Source of the DNA: Eledone cirrhosa
Lineage: Eukaryota
Direction: 5' to 3'
DNA: 64,000 bases
NCBI GenBank assembly: GCA_964016885.1
Contig: OZ024742.1
Location: 68,076,001-68,140,000, forward strand
In this document: positions 1 through 13,593 of the stretch, in pieces
Numbering within the stretch: position 1 is the stretch's first letter
Layout of the letters: each line of letters starts with the position of its first letter
Notes under the pieces: generated by a model
Told to the model about the DNA's origin: nothing
Database searches by the model: none
What the model saw: the letters and a program-made list of their open reading frames with translations, nothing else
Translations under genes and position numbers: made by a program

Positions 1-15
1 GACAAGTATTTGGAG

Positions 16-449
16 TATATTTACGATATTAAATAAATGGAAACTATATTTATAAAACCATATTTATTTCATTATATATATTTCAGGGATATCATATTAA
101 CAATATGCTATGCCTTCGTCAGACAAAATACAATATAGACAGTTTTATAGATAAATAGATTTGACATACCGTTCAACATCGACTTGTATTCTTTCTTTCT
201 TTTCTTTCTTTCCTTTTTTTCTCTCTTTCTTTCTTTCTGTTTACAATTTTTTTCACTGCCAAATCAACTTTTCAAATACAAGTCGATGTTGAACGGTATG
301 TCAAATCTATTTATCTATAAAACTGTCTATATTGTATTTTGTCTGAGGAAGGCATAGCATATTGTTAATATGATATCCCTGAAATATATATAATGAAATA
401 AATATGGTTTTATAAATATAGTTTCCATTTATTTAATATCGTAAATATA
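16..449. repeat. Fold-back inverted repeat (arms ~16-190 and ~275-449, pyrimidine-rich spacer); Penelope-like terminal remnant
   Basis: Arms are near-perfect reverse complements (e.g. gacataccgttcaacatcgacttgtatt vs aatacaagtcgatgttgaacggtatgtc); abuts (TA)n; each arm carries an HHR motif. Confidence 0.9.
337..398 (+). ncRNA. Minimal type I hammerhead ribozyme motif (mirror copy at 67-128, minus strand)
   Basis: ttttgt-CTGAGGA-agg...cct-GAAA-tatata-TA-atgaaa: stem I with wobbles, CUGANGA/GAAA core, palindromic stem III. Confidence 0.65.
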
Positions 450-452
450 TAT

Positions 453-489
<37 letters not shown>

Positions 490-885
490 ATATATATATA
501 TATATACACACATACATACATGCATAGATATATACATACATATATACATACATGCATACATGCATAGATATATACATACATATATACATACATACATATA
601 TACATTTATATACATACATGCATACATATATACATTTATACATACATACATATAGATATTTACATTTCTACATATATACATATGCATTTCTACACGCAAC
701 ATAAAACATGTACGCACTATGAATGTCCGTTGACCTTTCTAATTTCTTCCGATTTTTGAAAGCTGTTTCATACCGTAGAGAGTCTAAAAATCACTCTCCT
801 TACAAAGCATGCTTGGTTGGGATGTAGGGTTATTCGCCGACGACCAAAATATGTCAGAGGTTGTACTTGCTTCAAGAGCGACCAA

Positions 886-954
<69 letters not shown>

Positions 955-1239
955 TGCTTAACGCCTGTTGCCCTGTAATGGAAGACTTTGTCTCTGTTTT
1001 CAGGTTGTTTTCTCCACAGCCTCATGTTAAGTCTCCCAAATGCTCTGCTGGCTTTAGCTAGTCTGATGTCTAATTCCTTGTCGATTCTAGTTTGGGTGGA
1101 TATAACATTCCGAAGTTAGCAGAACTGTTACACAGCCTTTTGCTTGCTTTACTTGATGGAAATATTTAACGGATTGTATATATTCTGGAGAGATAGCTAG
1201 GGGAGGACTTCAGTCCGCGTCAAATTGACATCTAGGTCA

Positions 1240-1860
1240 GAGGCATTTGAAAAGCATATGTCTTGTATCGCTTTCTAACTCACCTCTTGGAGTCGTTCCA
1301 CCAACGTTGTCTGTGCACCATATTAAACATTCACTGGCGTGTCTATGTCACCAACACAGAGGTCCTCGCAAACATTAAGACTACAATTAGCAAGGCCAAT
1401 GTTATGAACATACAGATGCGCCTGGCTGGACATGTTTCAAGAATGGCAGACGATCGACTATCAAAGATTGTACTCAACGGAGAACGGTCTTCTGGCTGTC
1501 AAAACAGCGGATCATCCAACTAACGATAAAAAGACATGCTAAAAAGGACCTTATAATTATGTAACATTGACCCCCACCAGTATACCACCCAGGTTGCTGA
1601 TTGCAATGCTTAGCGTCGTACCATCCGGTGAGCTACCAATTCATTTGAGGAACATCTTGGTATCGGCCTGGATAAGAGAAGAGTCAGGCGGAAGGGTTGA
1701 GTTAGAACGGAGCCAAGCACAACAAAGACATTTCTCTGCGGCTGGTGCGGGCGGATCTACCAATCTCAATCGGTCACATCATCCACAAGTGTGCATTGAC
1801 GCAAAGGGGGAAAAACGGACCCTACCTCGAAGTATCTTCGTATCGAAGTCAATGCCATTA
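1240..1860 (+). mobile_element. RTE-clade LINE, degenerate 3' fragment (ORF2 C-terminus) with (TA)n tail
   Basis: LESFHQRCLCTILNIHW..VTNTEVL..RLAGHVSRMADDRLSKIVL motifs typical of RTE ORF2; frameshifted terminal zinc finger (CGWCGR..SIG..IH); stops and frameshifts. Confidence 0.85.
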
Positions 1861-1875
1861 TATATATATATACAT

Positions 1876-2061
1876 GGGCGGTGAATTGGTAGTATCGGTA
1901 GAGGGTTGGACGCCATGCTTTCTAGCATAGTTACGTCCCTTTACAGTCTGAGTTCAAATCCCGCCGAGGTTAACTTTGCCTTTCATCCTTACGGGGTCGA
2001 TAAAATAAAGTACCAGTAATGTACTGGGTAATTGCTGGCCTTGTGCCAAATGTAGAAACAA
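1876..2061 (+). mobile_element. tRNA-derived SINE (octopus-type family)
   Basis: B-box GAGTTCAAATCCC; body gccgaggttaactttgcctttcatccttacggggtcgataaaataaagtaccag; homologous copies at 33805, 44553 and 51968. Confidence 0.85.
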
Positions 2062-2128
2062 TATATATATATACATGAATACACACGCGCACGCGCCCCT
2101 TCTCTCTCTCTTTCTCTCTTTATTTCTT

Positions 2129-2193
<65 letters not shown>

Positions 2194-2198
2194 AGATG

Positions 2199-2237
<39 letters not shown>

Positions 2238-2325
2238 AGAAGATGAAATATTTAATTTGTTGGAAATTCAACAAATATAGATGTGTATAACTGATTCAGA
2301 GTACTCGACAGATTTCTGAAGTATT

Positions 2326-2535
2326 CAATGATATTAAATAAATGGAAACTATATTTATATACTTTCCAGGGATAACCTGTACTGTTAGGTATATTATCCT
2401 TGGTCATGTCAAATATTTATAAAACATTTTGAATTTTATCTGATGATAGCGTACCAAAGTTTTTGGTACCCTTGAAATATATATAATAGAATAAATATGG
2501 TTTTATAAATATAGTTTCCATTTATTTAATATCAT

Positions 2536-2537
<2 letters not shown>
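2326..2537. repeat. Second copy of the 16-449 Penelope-like terminal family, with short inverted ends and an HHR motif at 2434-2491 (+)
   Basis: Ends caatgatattaaataaatggaaactatatttata and its reverse complement; ttttat-CTGATGA-..gtaccaaa/tttggtac..-GAAA-tatata-TA-atagaa. Confidence 0.75.
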
Positions 2538-2586
<49 letters not shown>

Positions 2587-2789
2587 GGGCGCTGCGGAGT
2601 TGCAAATGGGTTACATATGAAAAAAGTTTGTCCTTCATCAGTGATCTTCCAACTATCATAGGCATTTCATCGCTTTAAAGACCATAAACCTCCGGTTGGT
2701 GCGAGCAACAGCTAAAAAAAGTCGTTGGGACACGTAAATAAAGGAGACGCGAGGGTAAACAAACAAAATGGTAAAGCATATATATATAC

Positions 2790-2920
<131 letters not shown>

Positions 2921-3104
2921 TATTATTAGTTTTTTATGTTAATATATCAGCCGAAATATTCCCTGTTGACCTCAGTTTTTTTATATTCCTTGCCCATTCA
3001 GGCATGTTTATGTTTATAAAAGTAAAACTAAGTTGTGGTAAATTTTCATTGAACAGGAAAATATAATTTAGTAATCGTAGCATAATACTCTCTTTAAATA
3101 TCAT

Positions 3105-3204
<100 letters not shown>

Positions 3205-4751
3205 GAGGGGGGGGGGGGGCTGTTGGAGTTATATTTTCTTTTTACTCATATTTTCAATACTACTAAAACTAATATCATTGTTAACTTTTTTCTATCTTAT
3301 AATTTGTGAAATTAATATTAATGTTGTTTTTGATGCTGCTGAGTGATTTTACTTCTCCTACATAAAGCTTATAAACTGTAGCGTATCAAAATTAAGTAAA
3401 TATCGAAAGCAATGTGAGATGTTTCGTAGAGAAAACAAAAATCAATTTAGAAAATAGTATAAGGTTCAATACATTTCAATACAAATGTCTATAAATTAAA
3501 ATGGTGGAAAACTAAAGAATTTGTATTTCGGTTTGCTTTTCCTATATTGATTTACATAATAGGCATATTTTCCTGTACGTTAAACAATATATTTTCGCTG
3601 GATCAAATGGATTAGTTACTATCTAATGAAGGTCACAGAAGATTTCACTCATAGTGCATTCAGTGTCATATACTATTCATTAAATACAATTAAATACTAG
3701 GGAGGATATTGTATAGAATATATATATACTGCTTTAAGTAGGGTCATCATTTAGATTGTGTAGATATATGACACTATATATAGACTTCATGTTTAACCGT
3801 ACCTTGACTTAATAACTAGCGTCAGTTTTTCATCATTATTGATTATTACAGATATTTTCATGGGCTAGCTCTTACTATATTAGAATTGCATTGGTAAGGG
3901 GCTACAAGTGTTCGACGAATCGAGCAATGTTATAAGTATTCATTTTAATATTTAAAATCTCATTTACATTCATTCACTTTTGAAAAGAATGTTCTGACGT
4001 GGTGTTTGATTTGATTTTTACCGATCATTCGAATCTTAAACAAAAATAAATATTAAAAAGATCTCTACCAAGGTAAAAATAAAAAGAACAAATATTTCGT
4101 CAAATAAAAATATGTTTTATATATTATTATTCAGTGAAAATATTGTAAATTATTTATATTTATTTTTATGATTTGGTGCATTCATTTTAATGTGTAGTTG
4201 CTTTTGCACCACCCTGGATTATAGTTACGATAGAAAGGCGATAGAAAATGTCTATATTGAAACCTTTAATATTATTCTCGACGTGAATTCAAACAATGTT
4301 TTATAGAAAATTGATATTTTGTGTTCATTGTTTATTTAAATTATGTTTCTGTACTTAAAATATTACATTTAAGAATATTTTAAAAGCATTAAATGGGTAA
4401 GAAAAATTACTTAGATACATGCAGGGAAGATGTATCTGTATCTAAGACCAGCATAAAAGAGAAACCCATTAAACGTAGACATTTCGACTTAATTTTTCTT
4501 TGCTTCATTGTACTGACTTTTATGTCAAATCACCAGATCTCTTGAGGTTACCCTGGAACTATAATCGTTTCATCACTACCATTCATCCTTCCTTCACCAT
4601 TTCTCTATTTTCCTGTTCCTTTCATTCACTTTCTCACATATTCACAAGTGTTAATTAAAATAACAAGACTACTAGAGGTAGCCAAGCTTGAAAACCTTCT
4701 ATCATTCGGTTTCTTCTTCTCCATCCTCACTATCGTCGCTACTAATGCTGG

Positions 4752-4757
<6 letters not shown>

Positions 4758-4843
<86 letters not shown>
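4758..4843. repeat. (CT)n microsatellite
   Basis: Pure dinucleotide run. Confidence 0.95.
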
Positions 4844-4844
<1 letters not shown>

Positions 4845-5983
4845 AATACGTCTTACTGCCCTTTGAAATTAGAGTGCTCCTCATATCGTTTCTGAAACTC
4901 ATCGCCCCTGAAAGCCTAGCGCCTTTGAAGACCTCCGGGCTCACTGCCGTGCAAGTTAAGAATTATTGGTATAGTATGTGGAGATTATTTTCATGAATTT
5001 TAGTTGTCTTTCGTGAAAGTGCTATGATTTATAAAAATGTAAGATTATTGTTGTTTTCACTGCTGATAATGATTATTAGGATAATGATGCGGGTAGGGTG
5101 TTAGATATCCCTGATTTTGATGTTGATGAGGTCACTAATGCTGTTGGTATTGTTGTTGTTGTTGGTGCTATTTTAGACATAAGTGAAGGTGATGTTGAAG
5201 CTGGAATGCTACATATAGAAGACACGTAACAAACAGGTAAGAAAAATAAAAAAATAAATAAATACAAAGTTAAACATCACCTAAAAACGGAATAACTAAT
5301 TTTACACGTCATTTAGATCCAATATATAAATAATTCAATCAATAAATGTGATGAAAATGCAAATGAAAAAGAAAGAAAAGAATACATAAACATTATAATA
5401 TAATCGACAGGAAATAGAGAAAATGAGTAGAGAAAAATCCCGGAAAACGGTAAAATGGGGAAAAAACGAGTGAACGGAACATAGCAAATGGAAGAAAAAA
5501 GAAATGAACAACGAAAATTGGAAACGTTGTAGGATGGAAAGAGGAGTTAATGAAGCATATAAATGTATTGGTGAATAACAGAAAAAACAGCGATTGTTCA
5601 TCGGGTGGTGGCGGGGAGACTATATTGCCAAGTTTTATGTTGAGTTTCTGTTTAATATAGATGAGGGTTTGAAGTGGAGTCAATGCAATGTGACTTTTGG
5701 TCAATTTCACCTGTGTTTTCCTTATATGTTTAATCCTCCCCCTCTCACACTTCCCCTCCCTGCACCTCTCTCTCTCTCATATAAGACGTATCTATCCCTT
5801 CACATATTTATGTGTATATATATATGGGGGGGGGGGGGTGTAAGTATATAAATAAGTATGTATGTGTGTATTTAAGTAATATGTGTATGCTTGTGTGTGA
5901 GAGCGCGGTTGTGCTTACTCAAGAACTTTATAGGAATATTCATCATGATAGGAAAACAAAAACACACATACACATTATATGTG

Positions 5984-6054
<71 letters not shown>

Positions 6055-6364
6055 CCAGTGTATATAGGTCACAGACACCCACACATATATATATACCCTC
6101 ACACACACACATACACACATATATTTAATATCATCGGAGATTTATTTACTATCATTGAATATTTACTCCAGAAAACTGTCGAATGCTCTGAATCAGTTAT
6201 AAACATTTATATTTATTTGTTGTATTTCCAACAAATTAAATATCCCTTCTACACATACACACATATATATATATGGGCCTTCCAATTTCATTTTACATTA
6301 TGTACATATCTGTGTATATTCTAATTATGTAAAAATTACTTTTAAGCGAGCGTGATACAGTATA

Positions 6365-6443
<79 letters not shown>

Positions 6444-7966
6444 GGGTACGTATGTATTTACAGAGAGCTGTTCTTCCCTTTCCACTGTACTATACAGACA
6501 TTTATCATAATTATGATTCCACAAGTCTCTGTCTTTTGCAGTATCCCAACAAGAAGATCATGTATTGACTTCTGTCGAGCCCTATATACTCAGATCAATT
6601 TTAATTGCTAGTTTGTATAATGAATTCCCAAGGTAGTCCATTTAAACAGAATGTTGCGTAACATAATGACCTTCCTATATTGTTCTTTATTGTTATTGCT
6701 CAGTAATACTGAAAGATGACACTAACAGGATATATCACTGAAATTAAATGGGATCAATTTTAAAATATATATCATTGGATATCAGGAAGCCAGGGTTACC
6801 TAGTAGGTAGAGAAGGTAGAAATGTTTTGATAAGATGAAAGAATGTTTATTTTTATTTTGAGTTGTTTTGTGTTCATAGAAATAAAAATGTCTTCACAAT
6901 AACAATACTATAATATTATTCTACTTGTGGAACTTATCTTAAACGAATTTAAATGTTTTAAATGTTAGAAAGGTGGACGTAGAAGTAAAGAAAGGGCTGT
7001 GTCGTTAGAGTGTCGTACTAGCAATGGAAGGGTTGATTTCCATACAATGAATGGTGCGGCATTGTGTAGGCTGTATATTTGCTACAGGCCTTGAATAATT
7101 CACGTAACTATATATGTACAATGGCAGCTTACAATGTACCGAACTACAAAACGGGACAACGGCAAATTACATGTAATTAATATATAAATATGTCCCGCGA
7201 TACAATACATAGATATTATCTAAATAGAAATGCATGGGATTTTGAGTATTTACTTAGCTGCAAATAGGCACTATAAATGTAAACAAGGAAGATACAATAT
7301 AATTGATGTTGATCTTTGCTGTCCCACTAGGTTAAAATCCAATTCTGATATTTGTAAAGGCACTCGATGGTGTATTTTGTGGTGCAGCGGTTACCTCATA
7401 ATCTCTGAATATTTTCCACCTTCATGTTTGGATTTTGCAGTTTTAACAATATTTTGAATATTTTGATAAAAAAAATACCGCAAAGCTGCAAATATATCAA
7501 CAACTATATTTCAGATAGGTAAAACTATGTACAATAGTAATGCATACTAATTTTAAATGTATATAGATAACTCATTGAAGTGCACTTTATGTGGTACTAA
7601 ATAAGCACAAAACAGAGGTAAAATTCCCTTAACTATAATTGGGTGCAATTTAGTTCTGAATAGACACCATATCGTTTAGGAACTAACCAATTCTATGTAT
7701 TTGGAGATGTTATAAATTAATTTCTTTTTTCATTGTTTTGGGCAACTGGACTACTATGCCGAAGCACCACCAATTTAAAATAACATAAAAGCTAGTAAAT
7801 GGTATTTTTCACAAATTTTATCGATCTCTGTTTCTTGAATGTGTAAGGTCATCTAGGTATTGAGCTACGAGAATTTTAAGCTGTAAATTTCATAAGGTAT
7901 TTACATTTATTTACATCTATATACGCAAATATGTACACAAACATCGTTTACATATACATGAGGGGT

Positions 7967-8033
<67 letters not shown>

Positions 8034-8051
8034 GTATATATATATATATAT

Positions 8052-8664
8052 GGTATGTCAGGTCACCAGCTGGTGCTACTGGTAATATGTATCCCAGTAC
8101 AACCTGTCTCATGGTCGGGTCGTTGGCGACTAAACTGGCAGCCCCACCAAGGTTTCTTGGTGAGGAGGGTGACTTTGGACATCCTGCAGGACTAAAAACA
8201 AAACCTGTCAAAGGGCAAAGGAGCTCTTAAGAGTCAGTGGCCATCCAAAATCACCGGGAGAGATGACCCTTTAGCCTTTGTCAAGGCAGAATTCTAGGAG
8301 AAGGAAAACTCTGATATAACACCTGCAACTCTGATGGTATCCAATGATGTTGACTTGTTCTTCTTTTTGGTAAATATCATCTTGGTTAAGAGAGTGGGAC
8401 TGGCTTTGTGCAGTGCCTTTGCTCACTATAAAAGCTTCACGGCACAGGCATTGCTTTATGTCTGGAGATCTCTCTGCACTTGTCGTCACATGGTACCATG
8501 GGCCCAGCACTATGTGTCAATAATTGTCACAAGTGTAGTGTTTGTACCAGAGTTTTCATGTCGCTGGCTGGACTAAAAAGTCACACTCGTTCAGCGCATC
8601 CGTAGGGGTTCTCCTACATGGATATAAAGTAGTGGCCGTACTCGAAAACGAGTTGGCAGCCACC
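8052..8664 (+). mobile_element. Internally deleted, non-autonomous RTE-like element (first of 27 copies; last ends at 32455)
   Basis: 5' part resembles RTE 5' UTRs (caccaag/cttggtg hairpin, ggagaaggaaaactctga); 3' part encodes CSVCTRVFMSLAGLKSHTRSAH like the RTE ORF2 terminal zinc finger; terminal hairpin actcg-aaaa-cgagt then (TA)n; no RT or endonuclease sequence. Confidence 0.65.
8498..8605 (+). other. 35-codon micro-ORF encoding a single C2H2 zinc finger (MGPALCVNNCHKCSVCTRVFMSLAGLKSHTRSAHP*), repeated in array units
   Basis: Manual translation; C-x2-C-x3-F-x5-L-x2-H-x4-H spacing; ACCATGG start context; below the ORF-track length cutoff; likely an RTE ORF2 relic. Confidence 0.55.
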
Positions 8665-8718
8665 ATATATATATATAGATAGATGTGAGAAAAACCACAG
8701 ACCCTCCATCTCAACTCA

Positions 8719-8756
8719 CCTTTTGAGAAGCAGAAGAACTGCGAAACCGGTAAAGG
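8719..8756 (+). ncRNA. Minimal type I hammerhead ribozyme motif, U3-A8 core variant; first of 26 copies (others start at 9653, 10567, 11511, 12435, 13365, 14258, 15199, 16089, 17021, 17937, 18836, 19762, 20645, 21536, 22452, 23395, 24294, 25225, 26133, 27042, 27934, 28878, 29776, 30690, 31620)
   Basis: cctt-TTGAGAA-gcag-aagaa-ctgc-GAAA-ccgg-TA-aagg: stem I cctt/aagg, stem II gcag/ctgc, palindromic stem III, GUA cleavage triplet, AATAAA just downstream. Confidence 0.75.
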
Positions 8757-8888
8757 AACCAAATAAATATATATATTTTTTTAAAAAATAAGACTCCAGT
8801 TGCATTTTCGATTTCATCTCTTTTTCTTTATACTTTCACTCGTGTAGGACACCTCGGTTATTTTTCATTTTGTAAAAAAAAACCTCAC

Positions 8889-8988
<100 letters not shown>

Positions 8989-9822
8989 ATGTATGTATGT
9001 ATGTTGGTGCTACTGGTAACATGTATCCCAGTACAACCTGTCTCATGGTCGGGTGGTTGGCGACTAAACTGGCAACCCCACCAAGGTTTCTTGGTGAGGA
9101 GGGTGACTTTGGACATCCTGCAGGACTAAAAACAAAACCTGTCAAAGGGCAAAGGAGCTCTTAAGAGTCAATGGCCATCCAAAATCACCGGGAGAGATGA
9201 CCCCTTAGCCTTTGTCAAGGCAGAATTCTAGGAGAAGGAAAACTCTGATATAACACCTGCAACCCTGATGGTATCCAATGATGTTGACTTGTTCTTCTTT
9301 TTGGTAAATATCATCTTGGTTAAGAGAGTCGGACTGGCTTTGTGCAGTGCCTTTGCTCACTATAAAAGCTTCACGGCACAGGCATTGCTTTATATCTGGA
9401 GATCTCTCTGCACTTGTCGTCACATGGTACCATGGGCCCAGCACTATGTGTCAATAATTGTCACAAGTGTAGTGTTTGTACCAGAGTTTTCATGTCGCTG
9501 GCTGGACTAAAAAGTCACACTCGTTCAGCGCATCCGTACGGGTTCTCCTACATGGATATAAAGTAGTGGCCGTACTCGAAAACGAGTTGGCAGCCACCAT
9601 ATATATATATAGATAGATGTGAGAAAAACCACAGACCCTCCATCTCAACTCACCTTTTGAAAAGCAGAAGAACTGCGAAACCGGTAAAGGAACCAAATAA
9701 ATATATATATTTTTTTAAAAAATAAGACTCCAGTTGCATTTTCGATTTCATCTCTTTTTCTTTATACTTTCATTCGTGTAGGACACCTCGGTTATTTTTC
9801 ATTTTGTAAAAAAAAACCTCAC

Positions 9823-9898
<76 letters not shown>

Positions 9899-10736
9899 GT
9901 GTATGTATGTATGTATGTTGATGCTACTGGTAACATGTATCCCAGTACAACCTGTCTCATGGTCGGGTCGTTGGCGACTAAACTGGCAACCCCACCAAGG
10001 TTTCTTGGTGAGGAGGGTGACTTTGGACATCCTGCAGGACTAAAAACAAAACCTGTCAAAGGGCAAAGGAGCTCTTAAGAGTCAATGGCCATCCAAAATC
10101 ACCGGGAGAGATGACCCCTTAGCCTTTGTCAAGGCAGAATTTTAGGAGAAGGAAAACTCTGATATAACACCTGCAACCCTGATGGTATCCAATGATGTTG
10201 ACTTGTTCTTCTTTTTGGTAAATATCATCTTGGTTAAGAGAGTCGGACTGGCTTTGTGCAGTGCCTTTGCTCACTATAAAAGCTTCACGGCACAGGCATT
10301 GCTTTATATCTGGAGATCTCTCTGCACTTGTCGTCACATGGTACCATGGGCCCAGCACTATGTGTCAATAATTGTCACAAGTGTAGTGTTTGTACCAGAG
10401 TTTTCATGTCGCTGGCTGGACTAAAAAGTCACACTCGTTCAGCGCATCCGTAGGGGTTCTCCTACATGGATATAAAGTAGTGGCCGTACTCGAAAACGAG
10501 TTGGCAGCCACCATATATATATATAGATAGATGTGAGAAAAACCACAGACCCTCCATCTCAACTCACCTTTTGAAAAGCAGAAGAACTGCGAAACCGGTA
10601 AAGGAACCAAATAAATATATATATTTTTTTTAAAAATAAGACTCCAGTTGCATTTTCGATTTCATCTCTTTTTCGTTATACTTTCATTCGTGTAGGACAC
10701 CTCGGTTATTTTTCATTTTGTAAAAAAAAACCTCAC

Positions 10737-10846
<110 letters not shown>

Positions 10847-11680
10847 ATGTATGTATGTATGTTGATGCTACTGGTAACATGTATCCCAGTACAACCTGTC
10901 TCATGGTCGGCTCGTTGGCGACTAAACTGGCAACCCCACCAAGGTTTCTTGGTGAGGAGGGTGACTTTGGACATCCTGCAGGACTAAAAACAAAACCTGT
11001 CAAAGGGCAAAGGAGCTCTTAAGAGTCAATGGGCATCCAAAATCACCGGGAGAGATGACCCCTTAGCCTTTGTCAAGGCAGAATTCTAGGAGAAGGAAAA
11101 CTCTCATATAACACCTGCAACCCTGATGGTATCCAATGATGTTGACTTGTTCTTCTTTTTGGTAAATATCATCTTGGTTAAGAGAGTCGGACTGGCTTTG
11201 TGCAGTGCCTTTGCTCACTATAAAAGCTTCACGGCCCAGGCATTGCTTTATATCTGGAGATCTCTCTGCACTTCTCGTCACATGGTACCATGGACCCAGC
11301 ACTATGTGTCAATAATTGTCACAAGTGTAGTGTTTGTACCAGAGTTTTCATGTCGCTGGCTGGACTAAAAAGTCACACTCGTTCAGCGCATCCGTACGGG
11401 TTCTCCTACATGGATATAAAGTAGTGGCCGTACTCGAAAACGAGTTGGCAGCCACCATATATATATATAGATAGATGTGAGAAAAACCACAGACCCTCCA
11501 TCTCAACTCACCTTTTGAAAAGCAGAAGAACTGCGAAACCGGTAAAGGAACCAAATAAATATATATATTTTTTTAAAAAATAAGACTCCAGTTGCATTTT
11601 CGATTTCATCTCTTTTTCTTTATACTTTCATTCGTGTAGGACACCTCGGTTATTTTTCATTTTGTAAAAAAAAACCTCAC

Positions 11681-11766
<86 letters not shown>

Positions 11767-12604
11767 GTGTATGTATGTATGTATGTTGATGCTACTGGTA
11801 ACATGTATCCCAGTACAACCTGTCTCATGGTCGGGTCGTTGGCGACTAAACTGGCAACCCCACCAAGGTTTCTTGGTGAGGAGGGTGACTTTGGACATCC
11901 TGCAGGACTAAAAACAAAACCTGTCAAAGGGCAAAGGAGCTCTTAAGAGTCAATGGCCATCCAAAATCACCGGGAGAGATGACCCCTTAGCCTTTGTCAA
12001 GGCAGAATTTTAGGAGAAGGAAAACTCTGATATAACACCTGCAACCCTGATGGTATCCAATGATGTTGACTTGTTCTTCTTTTTGGTAAATATCATCTTG
12101 GTTAAGAGAGTCGGACTGGCTTTGTGCAGTGCCTTTGCTCACTATAAAAGCTTCACGGCACAGGCATTGCTTTATATCTGGAGATCTCTCTGCACTTGTC
12201 GTCACATGGTACCATGGGCCCAGCACTATGTGTCAATAATTGTCACAAGTGTAGTGTTTGTACCAGAGTTTTCATGTCGCTGGCTGGACTAAAAAGTCAC
12301 ACTCGTTCAGCGCATCCGTAGGGGTTCTCCTACATGGATATAAAGTAGTGGCCGTACTCGAAAACGAGTTGGCAGCCACCATATATATATATAGATAGAT
12401 GTGAGAAAAACCACAGACCCTCCATCTCAACTCACCTTTTGAAAAGCAGAAGAACTGCGAAACCGGTAAAGGAACCAAATAAATATATATATTTTTTTTA
12501 AAAATAAGACTCCAGTTGCATTTTCGATTTCATCTCTTTTTCGTTATACTTTCATTCGTGTAGGACACCTCGGTTATTTTTCATTTTGTAAAAAAAAACC
12601 TCAC

Positions 12605-12700
<96 letters not shown>

Positions 12701-13533
12701 ATGTATGTATGTATGTTGATGCTACTGGTAACATGTATCCCAGTACAACCTGTCTCATGGTCGGCTCGTTGGCGACTAAACTGGCAACCCCACCAAGGTT
12801 TCTTGGTGAGGAGGGTGACTTTGGACATCCTGCAGGACTAAAAACAAAACCTGTCAAAGGGCAAAGGAGCTCTTAAGAGTCAATGGGCATCCAAAATCAC
12901 CGGGAGAGATGACCCCTTAGCCTTTGTCAAGGCAGAATTCTAGGAGAAGGAAAACTCTCATATAACACCTGCAACCCTGATGGTATCCAATGATGTTGAC
13001 TTGTTCTTCTTTTTGGTAAATATCATCTTGGTTAAGAGAGTCGGACTGGCTTTGTGCAGTGCCTTTGCTCACTATAAAAGCTTCACGGCCCAGGCATTGC
13101 TTTATATCTGGAGATCTCTCTGCACTTCTCGTCACATGGTACCATGGACCCAGCACTATGTGTCAATAATTGTCACAAGTGTAGTGTTTGTACCAGAGTT
13201 TTCATGTCGCTGGCTGGACTAAAAAGTCACACTCGTTCAGCGCATGCGTAGGGGTTCTCCTACATGGATATAAAGTAGTGGCCGTACTCGAAAACGAGTT
13301 GGCAGCCACCATATATATATATAGATAGATGTGAGAAAAACCACAGACCCTCCATCTCAACTCACCTTTTGAAAAGCAGAAGAACTGCGAAACCGGTAAA
13401 GGAACCAAATAAATATATATATTTTTTAAAAAAATAAGACTCCAGTTGCATTTCGATTTCATCTCTTTTTCTTTATACTTTCACTCGTGTAGGACACCTC
13501 GGTTATTTTTCATTTTGTAAAAAAAAACCTCAC

Positions 13534-13593
<60 letters not shown>

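Noticed and set aside
8071-8340. HDV-like ribozyme in the putative RTE 5' UTR
   Set aside because: Such ribozymes are known in some RTE 5' ends, but a nested double pseudoknot (P1/P1.1/P2/P3/P4) could not be assembled by eye; a covariance search is needed.
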